DNA of 40,326 bases from IMG/VR virus record IMGVR_UViG_2531839665_000018. One strand, given 5' to 3'. The position numbers and the translations under genes are program-made. This stretch comes from a virus (taxonomy: Duplodnaviria; Heunggongvirae; Uroviricota; Caudoviricetes). Shown here piece by piece: positions 16,265 to 26,328 of this stretch (positions are counted from its first letter, which is position 1; each line of letters opens with the position of its first letter). The notes beneath the pieces were generated by a model. The model saw only the letters and a list, made by a program, of their open reading frames with translations, searched no databases and had not been told where the DNA came from.

Positions 16265-17317
16265 ATGAATCTGGTGATGTCAGATATTACCCGCAACAAG
16301 CTGGGTTGCTATATGGCGCAGCAGGTGTCGCTTAACAACATCCCGGTATCTGCACTGGTATCGCGATTTACCGTGGAACCCTCGGTGCAGCAGCGTTTTG
16401 AAAACGCAGTAAAGGAGAGCACTGAATTTACAAAAAAAATTAACGTGTTCGGTGTGACCGACCAGAAAGGCGAAAAAATCCTCCTGGACACCACAGGACC
16501 GATTGCGCGCACGAATACCAGTTATGACGGCACAAAACGCCGTAACCCGAATAACGTGGTTGATCTGAAAAACCGCAAATATCAGTGCGAACAGGTGAAC
16601 TACGACACGTTTATTTCGTATCCGCAGCTTGATGCCTGGGCGGCACACCCTGATTTTCAGTCACGCGTCAGCACACAGATTGCCCGGCAGGTGGCGCTTG
16701 ACCGCATCATGATCGGTTTCAACGGCACGTCTCACGCGGATGAGTCCAACTTCAGCACCAACAAGCTGCTTCAGGACGTTAACGTGGGATGGCTGGAGCA
16801 CATCAGAACCGACGCCAGCGAGCGCGTAATGAATGACGTGACGCTGACCTCCCGCAACATGGACAACACCGTGGCGCACGCGGGTAAGTATGCGAACGCT
16901 GATGCACTGGTACAGGACGCGCGCTCATCCCTGCTGGATGAATGGCACAAGGAAGCTGACGACCTCGTGGTGATTATGGGGCGCAACCTGTTTAACTCGC
17001 TGCGTCTGCCCGTGCTGAACAGCATCAGCGGCCAGAATCCCAATGCGGAATTACTTGCCGGACAGCTCATCCTGTCATCGCGCGCCATTGGCGGACTGGA
17101 TGTATTCCTTGCGCCGTTCTTCCCGGATTCAACGATGCTGATCACCTCGTTCAACAACCTGTCGATTTACTGGCAGAAAGGAACAATGCGTCGCCTGATG
17201 AAAGACGAGCCGGAATACAACCGCATCGCCACCTACCAGTCCATCAATGACGCTTATGTCGTTGAAGACTATGGCAAGTGCGCGATGGTCACTGGCCTGA
17301 AGTTCGCCGACAGCTAA
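16265..17317 (+). CDS. N: Major capsid protein (P2 gpN family)
   Basis: 350 aa, position after O. Confidence 0.85.
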   Translation: MNLVMSDITRNKLGCYMAQQVSLNNIPVSALVSRFTVEPSVQQRFENAVKESTEFTKKINVFGVTDQKGEKILLDTTGPIARTNTSYDGTKRRNPNNVVDLKNRKYQCEQVNYDTFISYPQLDAWAAHPDFQSRVSTQIARQVALDRIMIGFNGTSHADESNFSTNKLLQDVNVGWLEHIRTDASERVMNDVTLTSRNMDNTVAHAGKYANADALVQDARSSLLDEWHKEADDLVVIMGRNLFNSLRLPVLNSISGQNPNAELLAGQLILSSRAIGGLDVFLAPFFPDSTMLITSFNNLSIYWQKGTMRRLMKDEPEYNRIATYQSINDAYVVEDYGKCAMVTGLKFADS

Positions 17318-17362
17318 TCAACTCACGGCGGGCATCATGCCCGCCTGTAACGGAGAGAAAAA

Positions 17363-18163
17363 ATGATTACTCCTGCACAGCAACACTGGCAGAACGTGAT
17401 GGCACAGCGCGCAGGCCGGGCGAATGAAGGCGTGGACCACGCCGCGCGTACCGCGCATGAAGAGGTGCTGTATCGTCTGCGTCTGGCACAGGCCCGACTT
17501 AAGGGCGTACAGGCCAGAAGCGCGAAAGCCGCCATCAAAAAAGAGTTGTTGCCGGACTTTTCCGGCTGGATTGAGGGAACGCTGGAGGCTGACGGCGGGC
17601 AGCAGGATGAAGTGATTGCCACGCTGATGGTGTGGGCAATTGACTGCGGCGATCTTCCGCTGGCGCTGCGTATTGGTGCGTATGTGGTCCGTCACAACCT
17701 CATCATGCCGGATAACTTTGGCCGTACTGCTGCCACGGTACTGACCGAAGAAATCTGTAATCCGGTACTGACGCAGGCCGGGACGGATGCCGACGCGGAT
17801 TTGTCCGCCTTTATCGAACCACTGGACACCCTCCGGGAGATTGTCACCGACCAGGACATGCCGGACGAAGTGCGCGCCAAATTATGCAAGGCGTGCGCCT
17901 TTGCCCGTCGTGGCCTGACCGATGCGGACAGCATGGCCTCATCACTGAAGCTGCTGCGCGAAGCGATGCACCTGAACCCGAACGCAGGTGTGAAACGCGA
18001 GATTGCAACCCTTTCCCGCGCCCTGAAAAAAGCCGATTCCGCAGCCGCACCAGAAGATGCCAGCACACCGCAGGCGCAGGACGAAAGCAGCAAAAGTAAA
18101 AAGACAACGCGGAAGCCTGCAACACGAAAAACCACCGCGACGCAGAAGGCGAAGCGCGGTTAA
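17363..18163 (+). CDS. M: Terminase small/endonuclease subunit (P2 gpM family)
   Basis: 266 aa with basic C-terminal tail; synteny. Confidence 0.8.
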   Translation: MITPAQQHWQNVMAQRAGRANEGVDHAARTAHEEVLYRLRLAQARLKGVQARSAKAAIKKELLPDFSGWIEGTLEADGGQQDEVIATLMVWAIDCGDLPLALRIGAYVVRHNLIMPDNFGRTAATVLTEEICNPVLTQAGTDADADLSAFIEPLDTLREIVTDQDMPDEVRAKLCKACAFARRGLTDADSMASSLKLLREAMHLNPNAGVKREIATLSRALKKADSAAAPEDASTPQAQDESSKSKKTTRKPATRKTTATQKAKRG

Positions 18164-18255
18164 CGACTGACCCCGTCAGCGGGCGGCGTGCGCGGTGTTC
18201 CGGTTTGACTCCGTGACCGTTTACACCGCACACCCACCGCCCGATTTTTTCAGGA

Positions 18256-18759
18256 GTGAACCCCATGAGTATGGTTGCCAGAACCAACCCCGGCCCCGCA
18301 GAGGACGACATCACCGATACCGATGATGGTGATACCCGTATTTCAGCGGGCGCATTCTGGCCGGATATTGTGCTGCGTGAGCTGCGTCTGGCGATACGAC
18401 TGCCGGGCCGTGTGACCACCTCCCGCCTGCTGCATACCGCCACCGGGGCCGTGGCACACGTTACCCGCGAGCTGGAAGCGTGGCAGCAGGAACAGCAGGC
18501 GGCTGGCCATCAGACGCTGGCCGATGTTCCGGCACCCGTAATTAACGGAGAAAGCGTCAATCTCTGGCGCTGGCGTAATGCTGTTTATACCGCCACACGC
18601 GCCCTGATTCTGGAGCGTTACCGCGATGCGGACACAACGGACAAGGGCGACCGCCGGGCGGACGCACTGGATATACAGACATCGGATTTGTGGCGCGATG
18701 TGAGCTGGGCCATCTCTGACATTCTGTGCCGCCCGCGAATCTTTGCGGAGTTGTGCTGA
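18256..18759 (+). CDS. L: Head completion/stabilization protein (P2 gpL family)
   Basis: 167 aa; synteny after M. Confidence 0.8.
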   Translation: MNPMSMVARTNPGPAEDDITDTDDGDTRISAGAFWPDIVLRELRLAIRLPGRVTTSRLLHTATGAVAHVTRELEAWQQEQQAAGHQTLADVPAPVINGESVNLWRWRNAVYTATRALILERYRDADTTDKGDRRADALDIQTSDLWRDVSWAISDILCRPRIFAELC

Positions 18760-18959
18760 TGAAAGTGAAGGCACTGGAAGGCGACACCGTGGATTCGCTC
18801 TGTTTCCGGTACTACGGCACGACGCAGGGCGTCACCGAAAAGGTGCTGGATGCCAACCCCGGACTCTGTCAGCAGGTATTTCTGGACGCCGGGCAGGAAG
18901 TGGAGATGCCGGAGCCGGAGAAGAAGAAACGAGAAATGATTCAGTTGTGGGGGGAGTAG
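18759..18959 (+). CDS. X: Tail protein X (LysM-like)
   Basis: Internal ATG of track ORF 18726..18959, overlapping the L stop; 66 aa (MKVKALEGDTVDSLCFRYYG...). Confidence 0.7.
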   Translation: MKVKALEGDTVDSLCFRYYGTTQGVTEKVLDANPGLCQQVFLDAGQEVEMPEPEKKKREMIQLWGE

Positions 18960-18961
18960 CA

Positions 18962-19285
18962 GTGAGCACCATTCAAACAGGGATCACAGAGCAGGTTATT
19001 GCATGGCTCTTTGACCACCTGCCAACGGTGTATGCAGTAGGCGCGGCGGTCAGCATTTCCGCGCTGATGAGTCTTTATGACGGACGAACACTGGTTCAGA
19101 CCGTAACGGGATCGCTGGCGTGCGGCGTTCTTGCCATGGCCGTGGCCGGGTCGTTGCGCTTCTTCGGGTTTCCTGAAGATGCCGTGACGTTTATCGGCGC
19201 ATCAATCGGTTTTATGGGGGCAGAGAAAGCACGCGACAAGGTTATTGCGGCCTTTAATCGCAGGGTGAAGGAGAAGGACGAATGA
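18962..19285 (+). CDS. Putative holin
   Basis: GTG start with RBS GGGGAG immediately after the X stop; hydrophobic segments (VIAWLFDHLPTVYAVGAAVSISALM, LACGVLAMAVAGSL); immediately precedes the endolysin. Confidence 0.55.
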   Translation: MSTIQTGITEQVIAWLFDHLPTVYAVGAAVSISALMSLYDGRTLVQTVTGSLACGVLAMAVAGSLRFFGFPEDAVTFIGASIGFMGAEKARDKVIAAFNRRVKEKDE

Positions 19286-19674
19286 GCAACACATTTAAAT
19301 TCAGCAGCCGGAGCGAAAAGAATTTGCAGGGCGTAAATCCTGATCTGGTGAAAGTGACCCGACGGGCACTGGAAATCTCGGAAGTGGATTTTGGTATCAC
19401 CGAAGGGTTGCGCAGCCGTTACCGCCAGAAGCAACTTGTGGCCACAGGTAAGAGCCAGACCATGAACAGCCGCCACCTTACGGGGCATGCCGTGGATGTT
19501 GTGGCTTATGTCGGCAGCCAGGTGTCATGGGAATGGCCGCTGTACGAAAAAATCGCAGCAGCATTCAGACAGGCCAGCCGGGAGCTGAATATTCCGGTGG
19601 AATGGGGCGGCGACTGGAAGACCCTGAAAGACGGACCGCATTTTCAGTTGCCACACGGAGCCTATCCGGCATGA
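19282..19674 (+). CDS. Endolysin, peptidase M15-type (zinc D-Ala-D-Ala carboxypeptidase-like)
   Basis: SRHLTGHAVDV motif (His..Asp zinc ligands); position in the lysis cassette. Confidence 0.7.
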   Translation: MSNTFKFSSRSEKNLQGVNPDLVKVTRRALEISEVDFGITEGLRSRYRQKQLVATGKSQTMNSRHLTGHAVDVVAYVGSQVSWEWPLYEKIAAAFRQASRELNIPVEWGGDWKTLKDGPHFQLPHGAYPA

Positions 19675-20078
19675 AGCTCTGGCCCACGCTTGGCGTCGCT
19701 TTCCTTCTGATTGCCGCATGGGGAACATCCATGCGTCTGTCGTGGTCGCTGGGCAGGGAGAACGCCAGAAACGAAGCGCAGGCCAGCGCCCTGAAAAGTA
19801 CCGTCGACACCCTGAATATCATCAGCACCGGGGTACAGGATATGCAGCAGGTGCTGGCGCAACTCCGCGTGGAAAATCAACAGCGAAATCAGGACGGAGA
19901 GGCCAGACGTGAACAGCTACGCAACGATATTGCAAAAGATGAATGCGCCCACGCTTTGCCTGACGCTCGTTTTACTGACAGGCTGCGCAGGCACGCAGAA
20001 CGCGCCACGGCCAGCGCCGTCAGTCCGGCTTATACCGCAGACGCTGATCATACCGGTAACGCCTCCCCCCTTCCCTGA
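19671..20078 (+). CDS. i-spanin (Rz / LysB-like)
   Basis: Internal ATG of track ORF 19527..20078; N-terminal TM segment then charged coiled-coil-like region. Confidence 0.55.
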   Translation: MKLWPTLGVAFLLIAAWGTSMRLSWSLGRENARNEAQASALKSTVDTLNIISTGVQDMQQVLAQLRVENQQRNQDGEARREQLRNDIAKDECAHALPDARFTDRLRRHAERATASAVSPAYTADADHTGNASPLP

Positions 20079-20229
20079 CACTCCCACATGGGGAAATCTC
20101 GGTATATGGGGCGACCGCCTTCTGGATGCACTGGAAACCTGTAACGCGGATAAACGGGCCATTGAATTACTGGAACAGCGCAGGCTGCAACGACTGAACA
20201 ACGAGGATAACAACCATGCTGAAAACTGA
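19939..20229 (+). CDS. o-spanin lipoprotein (Rz1 / LysC-like), partly overlapping the i-spanin
   Basis: Signal peptide with lipobox LLTGC, proline-rich mature part; different frame from the i-spanin, as for P2 lysB/lysC. Confidence 0.55.
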   Translation: MNAPTLCLTLVLLTGCAGTQNAPRPAPSVRLIPQTLIIPVTPPPFPDTPTWGNLGIWGDRLLDALETCNADKRAIELLEQRRLQRLNNEDNNHAEN

Positions 20230-20683
20230 TTCCCTGCGTGAAGCCATGACCCGTTCATGCCGATGGTGTCAGGCCAACCCGGAAAAATTCACCATTTTCG
20301 TGGAGAGCGGCAACATTGAAACGACCGGAGAAACCCCATCGTTTGTTTACCGCTATCAGATGGTGATGTTTGTCATGGATTACGCCGGGGAGCTGGACGA
20401 CCTCACGCTGCCGCTGCTGGCGTGGTTATCCGAAAATCAGCCACAGTTGTTGCTCAACCCTGAGCGTAATCAGGACATCAAATTTTCCGCCGTTATCAAT
20501 GACGATGACAGCGCCGATCTCCTGTTTACGCTCCCCCTGCGGGAACGCGTTCGCATCACGCGCAGCAGTCAGGGCACACCGCAGGCAGAACACCTGCCGG
20601 AGCCAAAACCCCGCCTGCCATCTTCCGAAGGCGACTGGTCGCATGTATTCCAGGATGTGACGTGGGGTGAAAGCGATGGATAA
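20216..20683 (+). CDS. R: Tail completion protein (P2 gpR family)
   Basis: 155 aa; synteny. Confidence 0.75.
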   Translation: MLKTDSLREAMTRSCRWCQANPEKFTIFVESGNIETTGETPSFVYRYQMVMFVMDYAGELDDLTLPLLAWLSENQPQLLLNPERNQDIKFSAVINDDDSADLLFTLPLRERVRITRSSQGTPQAEHLPEPKPRLPSSEGDWSHVFQDVTWGESDG

Positions 20684-21311
20684 GGCATTCACCCGCGTGG
20701 ATGAAACCTTTGAGGCCATCCGCGACAGCCTGAATCAGCAGGCCATCAATAACATCGCCAGAAAGCTGGCACAGGATTTACGCCGCGCCCAGCAGGCGCG
20801 CATCCGGTCACAGAAAGCGCCGGACGGGACCGCATGGACACCACGCAGACGCCGCGTAACCCGGATACAGGAACGCATTCGCTTTATCTGGAATAACGAA
20901 GCACGCACGCTGAAAAACTGGCATCACGACACGGGGAAATACGGGCGAACCATTACCGGGTGGGATGAGGATAAAAACAATATCCGCACGTTTTACCGGG
21001 ATGACATCGACCGTTTTCTGGAAATACGCACCCGGCGCATCAACCAGGACAGCACAAAGCGCGTCCCCATGTTCGTAAAACTGCGCACCGCCCGCTACCT
21101 GAAAGCCCGTGCAGATGCTTCCGGTGTGACGGTGGGTTACAGCGGCGTGGCCGCACGTATTGCCCGCGTTCATCAGTTCGGTGAGCGCGATCAGGTTGCG
21201 CCGGGCATTTTCACCGATTACCCGGTACGTGAGCTGTTGGGCATCAGTCAGGCAGATGAACGTCTGATTTATAACACGGTGCTGGGCCGGATTGCGGAGG
21301 CTGTACGGTGA
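20676..21311 (+). CDS. S: Tail completion/virion morphogenesis protein (P2 gpS family)
   Basis: ATG at 20676 overlapping the R stop (track ORF starts at GTG 20667); synteny. Confidence 0.7.
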   Translation: MDKAFTRVDETFEAIRDSLNQQAINNIARKLAQDLRRAQQARIRSQKAPDGTAWTPRRRRVTRIQERIRFIWNNEARTLKNWHHDTGKYGRTITGWDEDKNNIRTFYRDDIDRFLEIRTRRINQDSTKRVPMFVKLRTARYLKARADASGVTVGYSGVAARIARVHQFGERDQVAPGIFTDYPVRELLGISQADERLIYNTVLGRIAEAVR

Positions 21312-21889
21312 GCGCAGAACTCATGCGACTGCTGAGCAATATCATCCGCACCGGGATCATCTCTGAAGTTGACGAGAAGTCCTGGCGCGTGCGCGTTCGC
21401 AGCGGCGAACTGGAAACAGGCTGGCTGCGCTGGAACACCACGCGCGCGGGAGCCTTCAATGTGTGGCTGCCGCCATCACCAGGCGAACAGGTGGTAATTG
21501 CCTGCATTGGCGGCAACCCGGAAACCGCCATGATAATTGGCAGCCTGTGGAGTGATGCCAGTCCGGCCCCCGGCAAAAGCCTGAAAGAAATCGTGGTCAG
21601 CGCGCCGGATGGCGCGGTGTTCCGCTACGACGCGGACGCAGGCGCACTGAGCGCCAGCGGCATGAAAACGGCCACTTTGCAGGCATCCGTCAGCGTGAAA
21701 CTGGATACGCCCGTCGTGGAATGCACAGACCTTCTGAGAACGGCGACGCTTGACGTCACAAAAGGAGGAAAGATGAGCGGCAATATCACGCACAGCGGCG
21801 GCGACTTCACCTCAAACGGCATCACAGTGCATACGCATAAACACGGTGGCGTTAAAGGTGGCAGCGATTCGACAGGAGGCCCGCAGTGA
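21308..21889 (+). CDS. V: Baseplate spike/assembly protein (P2 gpV family)
   Basis: 193 aa, Gly-rich C-terminus; synteny. Confidence 0.8.
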   Translation: MSAELMRLLSNIIRTGIISEVDEKSWRVRVRSGELETGWLRWNTTRAGAFNVWLPPSPGEQVVIACIGGNPETAMIIGSLWSDASPAPGKSLKEIVVSAPDGAVFRYDADAGALSASGMKTATLQASVSVKLDTPVVECTDLLRTATLDVTKGGKMSGNITHSGGDFTSNGITVHTHKHGGVKGGSDSTGGPQ

Positions 21890-22236
21890 CAACCCGCTAC
21901 ACAGGAATGAACCCGGACGGGACGGGAAACCTGAACGATATGGAGCACCTGAAACAGTCAGTCAGGGATATCCTGACCACCCCGCTGGCAAGCCGGGTTA
22001 TGCGACGGGAATATGGCAGCCTTGTGCCTGATTTGATTGACGAACCCATGAATAACACAACTCGTCTGCAATGCATGAGTGCTGCCGTGATTGCGCTGAC
22101 ACGATGGGAACCCCGCATTGCCCTGGACGCCATCGACGTTGTCTGGAAGGCAGGAGGCCGCGCCGGGGTGACGCTGTCGGGCACTGTCATGCAGACCATG
22201 CAGAATGTTGAATTAACCATCACGCTGAGAGAGTAA
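21886..22236 (+). CDS. W: Baseplate wedge protein (P2 gpW / gp25-like)
   Basis: 116 aa; synteny. Confidence 0.8.
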   Translation: MTTRYTGMNPDGTGNLNDMEHLKQSVRDILTTPLASRVMRREYGSLVPDLIDEPMNNTTRLQCMSAAVIALTRWEPRIALDAIDVVWKAGGRAGVTLSGTVMQTMQNVELTITLRE

Positions 22237-22239
22237 ATC

Positions 22240-23136
22240 ATGCCTGCTGTTGACCTTTCCCAGTTACCGGAACCCGCCATCATCGCGGAGCCTGATTTTG
22301 AGGCAATTCTGGCTGACACAAAGGCCATGATGATTGCGTCCTATCCTGCCGAACAGCGTGAAGCCGTCTCCGCCGCGCTGGAGCTGGAATCAGAACCCCT
22401 GAACGTTATCGCTCAAACCATGTCTTTTCGTGAAATGCTGTTACGCCAGCGGGTTAACGAGGGCGCACGCGCCTGCATGTTAAGCCACGGTTCAGGGACA
22501 AACCTGGACAACCTCGCGGGCAATATGAACACAAAGCGCCTGGTTATCACTCCGGCAACGGATACCACCGACGCGGTGATGGAGAGCGACACCTCGCTGA
22601 GATTGCGGGCGCAACGGGCGTATGACGGCCTGAGTGTTGCTGGCCCGTCAGGTGCATACGAGTATTTTGCACGCAGCGCCAGCGGTCTGGTGCGTGATGC
22701 GCGGGCCATCAGCCCGTCTCCGGCCTGTGTGACGGTTTCCATCCTGTCCACTGAAGGCGACGGCACAGCAACGGAGGCGTTGCTTAATACCGTTCGCGCC
22801 GTTCTGAATGCAGAGGATACCCGCCCGGTGGCCGACCGCCTGACCGTACAGAGCGCCAGAATCGTGACATGGCGGCTGAATGCAAAACTGTACTTTTACC
22901 CCGGCCCGGAATCCGAACCTATTCTGGCCGCGGCAGAATCGTCATTCAGGAAGTGGCTGGCTGAGCAGGGGCTTATCGGTCAGGACGTGGCGTTGTCCGC
23001 CATTGCTGCCGCACTGCATGTGCACGGTGTGCAACGCGTGGAGATAATCGAACCCACACAGAATATGGCCATCAGCGACATACAGGCGGCGCGCTGTGAG
23101 TCATTCACCATCAGCGAAGGTGGGCGCAATGAGTAA
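22240..23136 (+). CDS. J: Baseplate assembly protein (P2 gpJ family)
   Basis: 298 aa; synteny. Confidence 0.8.
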   Translation: MPAVDLSQLPEPAIIAEPDFEAILADTKAMMIASYPAEQREAVSAALELESEPLNVIAQTMSFREMLLRQRVNEGARACMLSHGSGTNLDNLAGNMNTKRLVITPATDTTDAVMESDTSLRLRAQRAYDGLSVAGPSGAYEYFARSASGLVRDARAISPSPACVTVSILSTEGDGTATEALLNTVRAVLNAEDTRPVADRLTVQSARIVTWRLNAKLYFYPGPESEPILAAAESSFRKWLAEQGLIGQDVALSAIAAALHVHGVQRVEIIEPTQNMAISDIQAARCESFTISEGGRNE

Positions 23137-23659
23137 TTCGTTGTTACCACCATCAGCCAGCAATTTCATGCGTTGTGCCGAAGCCGTCGGAACACGCATT
23201 ACAGACATTCCGGTAGACCTCAACACACTGTGGTCGCCGGATACCTGCCCGGTGCATCTGCTGCCCTATCTCGCCTGGGCATTTTCCGTTGACCGCTGGG
23301 ATCGCAACTGGCCGGAAGAGACAAAGCGACAGGTTATTCGTGATGCATGGCTGATACACCGACACAAAGGGACCATCAGCGCACTGCGCAGGGCCATTGA
23401 GCCGCTGGGATACCTCATTCGCGTGTCTGAATGGTGGGAGTTCGGCGGAGAACCGGGAACATTTACCGTTGAAGTCGGCACACTGGACAGTGGCGTGACG
23501 GAGGAAATGTATCTGGAAATGGAGCGGTTGATTGCTGATGCCCGTCCGGTCAGCCGCCACATGACAGGGCTGAATATCATTCAGGAAATTCCGGGGGATA
23601 TTTTCGCAGCGGCGGCAACTTATGACGGTGAAGTTATTACCATTTATCCGGACGATTAA
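23129..23659 (+). CDS. I: Baseplate/tail protein (P2 gpI family)
   Basis: Internal ATG of track ORF 23096..23659, overlapping the J stop; synteny. Confidence 0.75.
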   Translation: MSNSLLPPSASNFMRCAEAVGTRITDIPVDLNTLWSPDTCPVHLLPYLAWAFSVDRWDRNWPEETKRQVIRDAWLIHRHKGTISALRRAIEPLGYLIRVSEWWEFGGEPGTFTVEVGTLDSGVTEEMYLEMERLIADARPVSRHMTGLNIIQEIPGDIFAAAATYDGEVITIYPDD

Positions 23660-23661
23660 GC

Positions 23662-25764
23662 ATGAGTACCACAACACGAAAATTTAAAACCGTTATCACC
23701 GATACGGGTGCAAAAAAATTAGCTCAGGCAGCCGCGCCAGATGGTAAGCCTGTCCGCCTGACTCATATGGCCGTGGGCGACGGTGGCGGCACGTTGCCCA
23801 CACCAGACAGTAAGCAGACCCGTCTGGTGCATGAGGTGTGGCGACACACTGTTAATCGCGTCATCCTGGACGCAACACATCAGAACCGCATTATTGCGGA
23901 GCTGGTTATTCCTCCTGAAGCGGGCGGATTCTGGATCCGGGAAATTGGTGTATTTGATGAGCACGGCGATTTAATCGCGGCGGGCAATACTGCCGAAAGT
24001 TACAAGCCAACCGTTGCCGAGGGGTCCGGACGTGCACAAACATTTCGCACCATTCTAACCGTATCCAGCACTGCCAGCGTGGCGCTTACCGTGGATAACA
24101 CCATGGTGATGGCCACAGTGGATTACGTGGATGACAAACTGAAAGAGCATGAACAGTCACGACGTCACCCGGATGCCTCGCTGACCGCAAAAGGCTTTGT
24201 TCAACTCAGTAGCGCCACTAACAGCGATTCTGAAACGCTGGCCGCAACGCCGAAAGCGGTTAAGGCCGCGTATGACCTGGCTAACGGAAAATATACCGCT
24301 CAGGACGCCACGACGGCACGAAAAGGGATAGTCCAGCTCAGCAGTGCAACCAACAGCACGTCTGAAACGCTGGCAGCGACACCAAAAGCGGTTAAGGCGG
24401 TAATGGATGAAACGAACAAGAAAGCCCCATTAAACAGCCCGGCACTGACCGGAACGCCAACAACACCAACTGCACAACAGGGAACGAATAATACCCAAAT
24501 CGCAAGCACGGCTTTCGTTATGGCCGCGATTGCCGCACTTGTAGACTCTTCACCTGACGCACTGAACACGCTGAACGAGCTGGCGGCGGCGCTGGGCAAC
24601 GACCCGAATTTTGCGACCACCATGACTAACGCGCTTGCGGGTAAGCAACCGAAAGATGCCACCCTGACGGCGCTGGCCGGGCTTGCTACTGCGGCAGACA
24701 GGTTTCCGTATTTTACGGGGAATGATGTCGCCAGCCTGGCAACTCTGACAAAAGTAGGGCGGGATATTCTTGCGAAATCGACCGTTGCCGCCGTTATCGA
24801 ATACCTCGGTTTACAGGAAACGGTAAATCAGGCTTCTGGCGCATTACAGAAAAACCAGAACGGCGCAGATATTCCGGGGAAAGATACCTTCACCAAAAAT
24901 ATTGGTGCCTGCCGCGCATATAGCTCATGGCTGAATATTGGTGGCGATAGTCAGGTCTGGACAACCGCGCAATTTATTTCGTGGCTGGAGAGTCAGGGAG
25001 CATTTAACCATCCTTACTGGATGTGCAAAGGCTCATGGGCTTATGCAAATAATAAGGTCATTACAGATACAGGTTGCGGAAATATTTGTCTTGCAGGTGC
25101 TGTGGTAGAAGTTATTGGCACTCGCGGCGCAATGACCATACGCGTTACCACGCCGAGCACGTCCAGCGGTGGCGGAATTACTAACGCTCAATTCACTTAT
25201 ATTAATCATGGTGATGCTTATGCTCCTGGCTGGCGACGAGACTACAACACGAAAAATCAACAACCTGCATTTGCTTTAGGGCAAACAGGAAGCACTGTCG
25301 GAAATGATAAAGCTGTTGGCTGGAACTGGAATAGCGGGGTCTATAACGCAAACATTGGTGGCGCATCGACATTAATCCTCCACTTCAATATGAATACGGG
25401 GAGCTGCCCTGCTGTACAGTTCCGCGTGAATTACAGGAACGGCGGTATTTTTTATCGTTCAGCGCGTGATGGTTATGGATTTGAGGCTGACTGGTCAGAG
25501 TTTTACACCACGACCCGCAAACCCTCTGCGGGAGATGTTGGTGCATACACGCAGGCAGAATGTAACTCAAGGTTTATTACAGGTATTCGCCTTGGCGGTC
25601 TGTCATCTGTTCAGACATGGAATGGCCCCGGCTGGTCTGACAGGTCAGGTTATGTCGTTACGGGTTCAGTTAACGGAAACCGTGATGAATTAATTGATAC
25701 AACTCAGGCAAGGCCAATTCAGTATTGCATTAATGGAACGTGGTATAACGCGGGGAGTATTTAA
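23662..25764 (+). CDS. H: Tail fiber protein (P2 gpH family); C-terminal ~315 aa encoded inside the invertible segment
   Basis: 700 aa; tandem repeats VQLSSATNS.SETLAATPKAVKA; C-terminus ends INGTWYNAGSI, shared with the alternative C-terminus on the opposite strand. Confidence 0.85.
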   Translation: MSTTTRKFKTVITDTGAKKLAQAAAPDGKPVRLTHMAVGDGGGTLPTPDSKQTRLVHEVWRHTVNRVILDATHQNRIIAELVIPPEAGGFWIREIGVFDEHGDLIAAGNTAESYKPTVAEGSGRAQTFRTILTVSSTASVALTVDNTMVMATVDYVDDKLKEHEQSRRHPDASLTAKGFVQLSSATNSDSETLAATPKAVKAAYDLANGKYTAQDATTARKGIVQLSSATNSTSETLAATPKAVKAVMDETNKKAPLNSPALTGTPTTPTAQQGTNNTQIASTAFVMAAIAALVDSSPDALNTLNELAAALGNDPNFATTMTNALAGKQPKDATLTALAGLATAADRFPYFTGNDVASLATLTKVGRDILAKSTVAAVIEYLGLQETVNQASGALQKNQNGADIPGKDTFTKNIGACRAYSSWLNIGGDSQVWTTAQFISWLESQGAFNHPYWMCKGSWAYANNKVITDTGCGNICLAGAVVEVIGTRGAMTIRVTTPSTSSGGGITNAQFTYINHGDAYAPGWRRDYNTKNQQPAFALGQTGSTVGNDKAVGWNWNSGVYNANIGGASTLILHFNMNTGSCPAVQFRVNYRNGGIFYRSARDGYGFEADWSEFYTTTRKPSAGDVGAYTQAECNSRFITGIRLGGLSSVQTWNGPGWSDRSGYVVTGSVNGNRDELIDTTQARPIQYCINGTWYNAGSI
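24794..24819. other. Left crossover site of the invertible segment (gix/cix/hix-like, inside H)
   Basis: TTATCGAATACCTCGGTTTACAGGAA, close to the gix consensus as recalled; first part of a ~73-bp perfect inverted repeat (24803-24875 versus 28041-28113). Confidence 0.6.
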
Positions 25765-25766
25765 TT

Positions 25767-26300
25767 ATGATGCACTTAAAAAATATTACTGCTGGCAACC
25801 CTAAAACAAAAGAGCAATACCAGCTAACGAAACAATTTAACATCAAATGGCTTTATACAGAGGATGGGAAAAACTGGTATGAGGAACAAAAGAACTTTCA
25901 GCCTGATACGTTGAAAATGGTCTATGACCACAACGACGTTATTATTTGTATTGAAAAGGATGTTTCAGCAATTAATCCAGAAGGCGCAAGCGTCGTTGAG
26001 GTTCCAGATATTACAGCAAATCGCCGGGCTGATATTTCGGGTAAATGGATGTTCAAAGATGGCGTAGTGATAAAGCGAACTTATACCGAGGAGGAACAGA
26101 GGCAGCAGGCAGAGAATGAAAAGCAAAGCCTGTTGCAACTTGTCAGGGATAAAACCCAGCTATGGGACTCACAGCTACGGCTGGGCATCATTTCCGACGA
26201 GAATAAACAAAAATTAACCGAGTGGATGCTCTATGCGCAGAAAGTCGAATCCACAGACACCTCCAGCCTGCCAGTAACATTTCCCGAACAACCTGAATGA
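25767..26300 (+). CDS. G: Tail fiber assembly protein (gpG/Tfa family)
   Basis: 177 aa; N-terminal half nearly identical to the oppositely oriented copy at 26329..26856. Confidence 0.8.
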   Translation: MMHLKNITAGNPKTKEQYQLTKQFNIKWLYTEDGKNWYEEQKNFQPDTLKMVYDHNDVIICIEKDVSAINPEGASVVEVPDITANRRADISGKWMFKDGVVIKRTYTEEEQRQQAENEKQSLLQLVRDKTQLWDSQLRLGIISDENKQKLTEWMLYAQKVESTDTSSLPVTFPEQPE

Positions 26301-26328
26301 GACAAGGCCCGATAGCGGGCCTTAATTT

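Noticed and set aside
17335-18443. Several minus-strand ORFs overlapping gene M
   Set aside because: Antisense to the terminase small subunit gene; Arg/Ser/Cys-rich products.
24180-24400. Tandem ~120-bp repeat in the tail fiber gene as a possible CRISPR or VNTR
   Set aside because: The repeat is in frame and encodes the repeated collar motif VQLSSATNS.SETLAATPKAVKA; no spacer-repeat periodicity.
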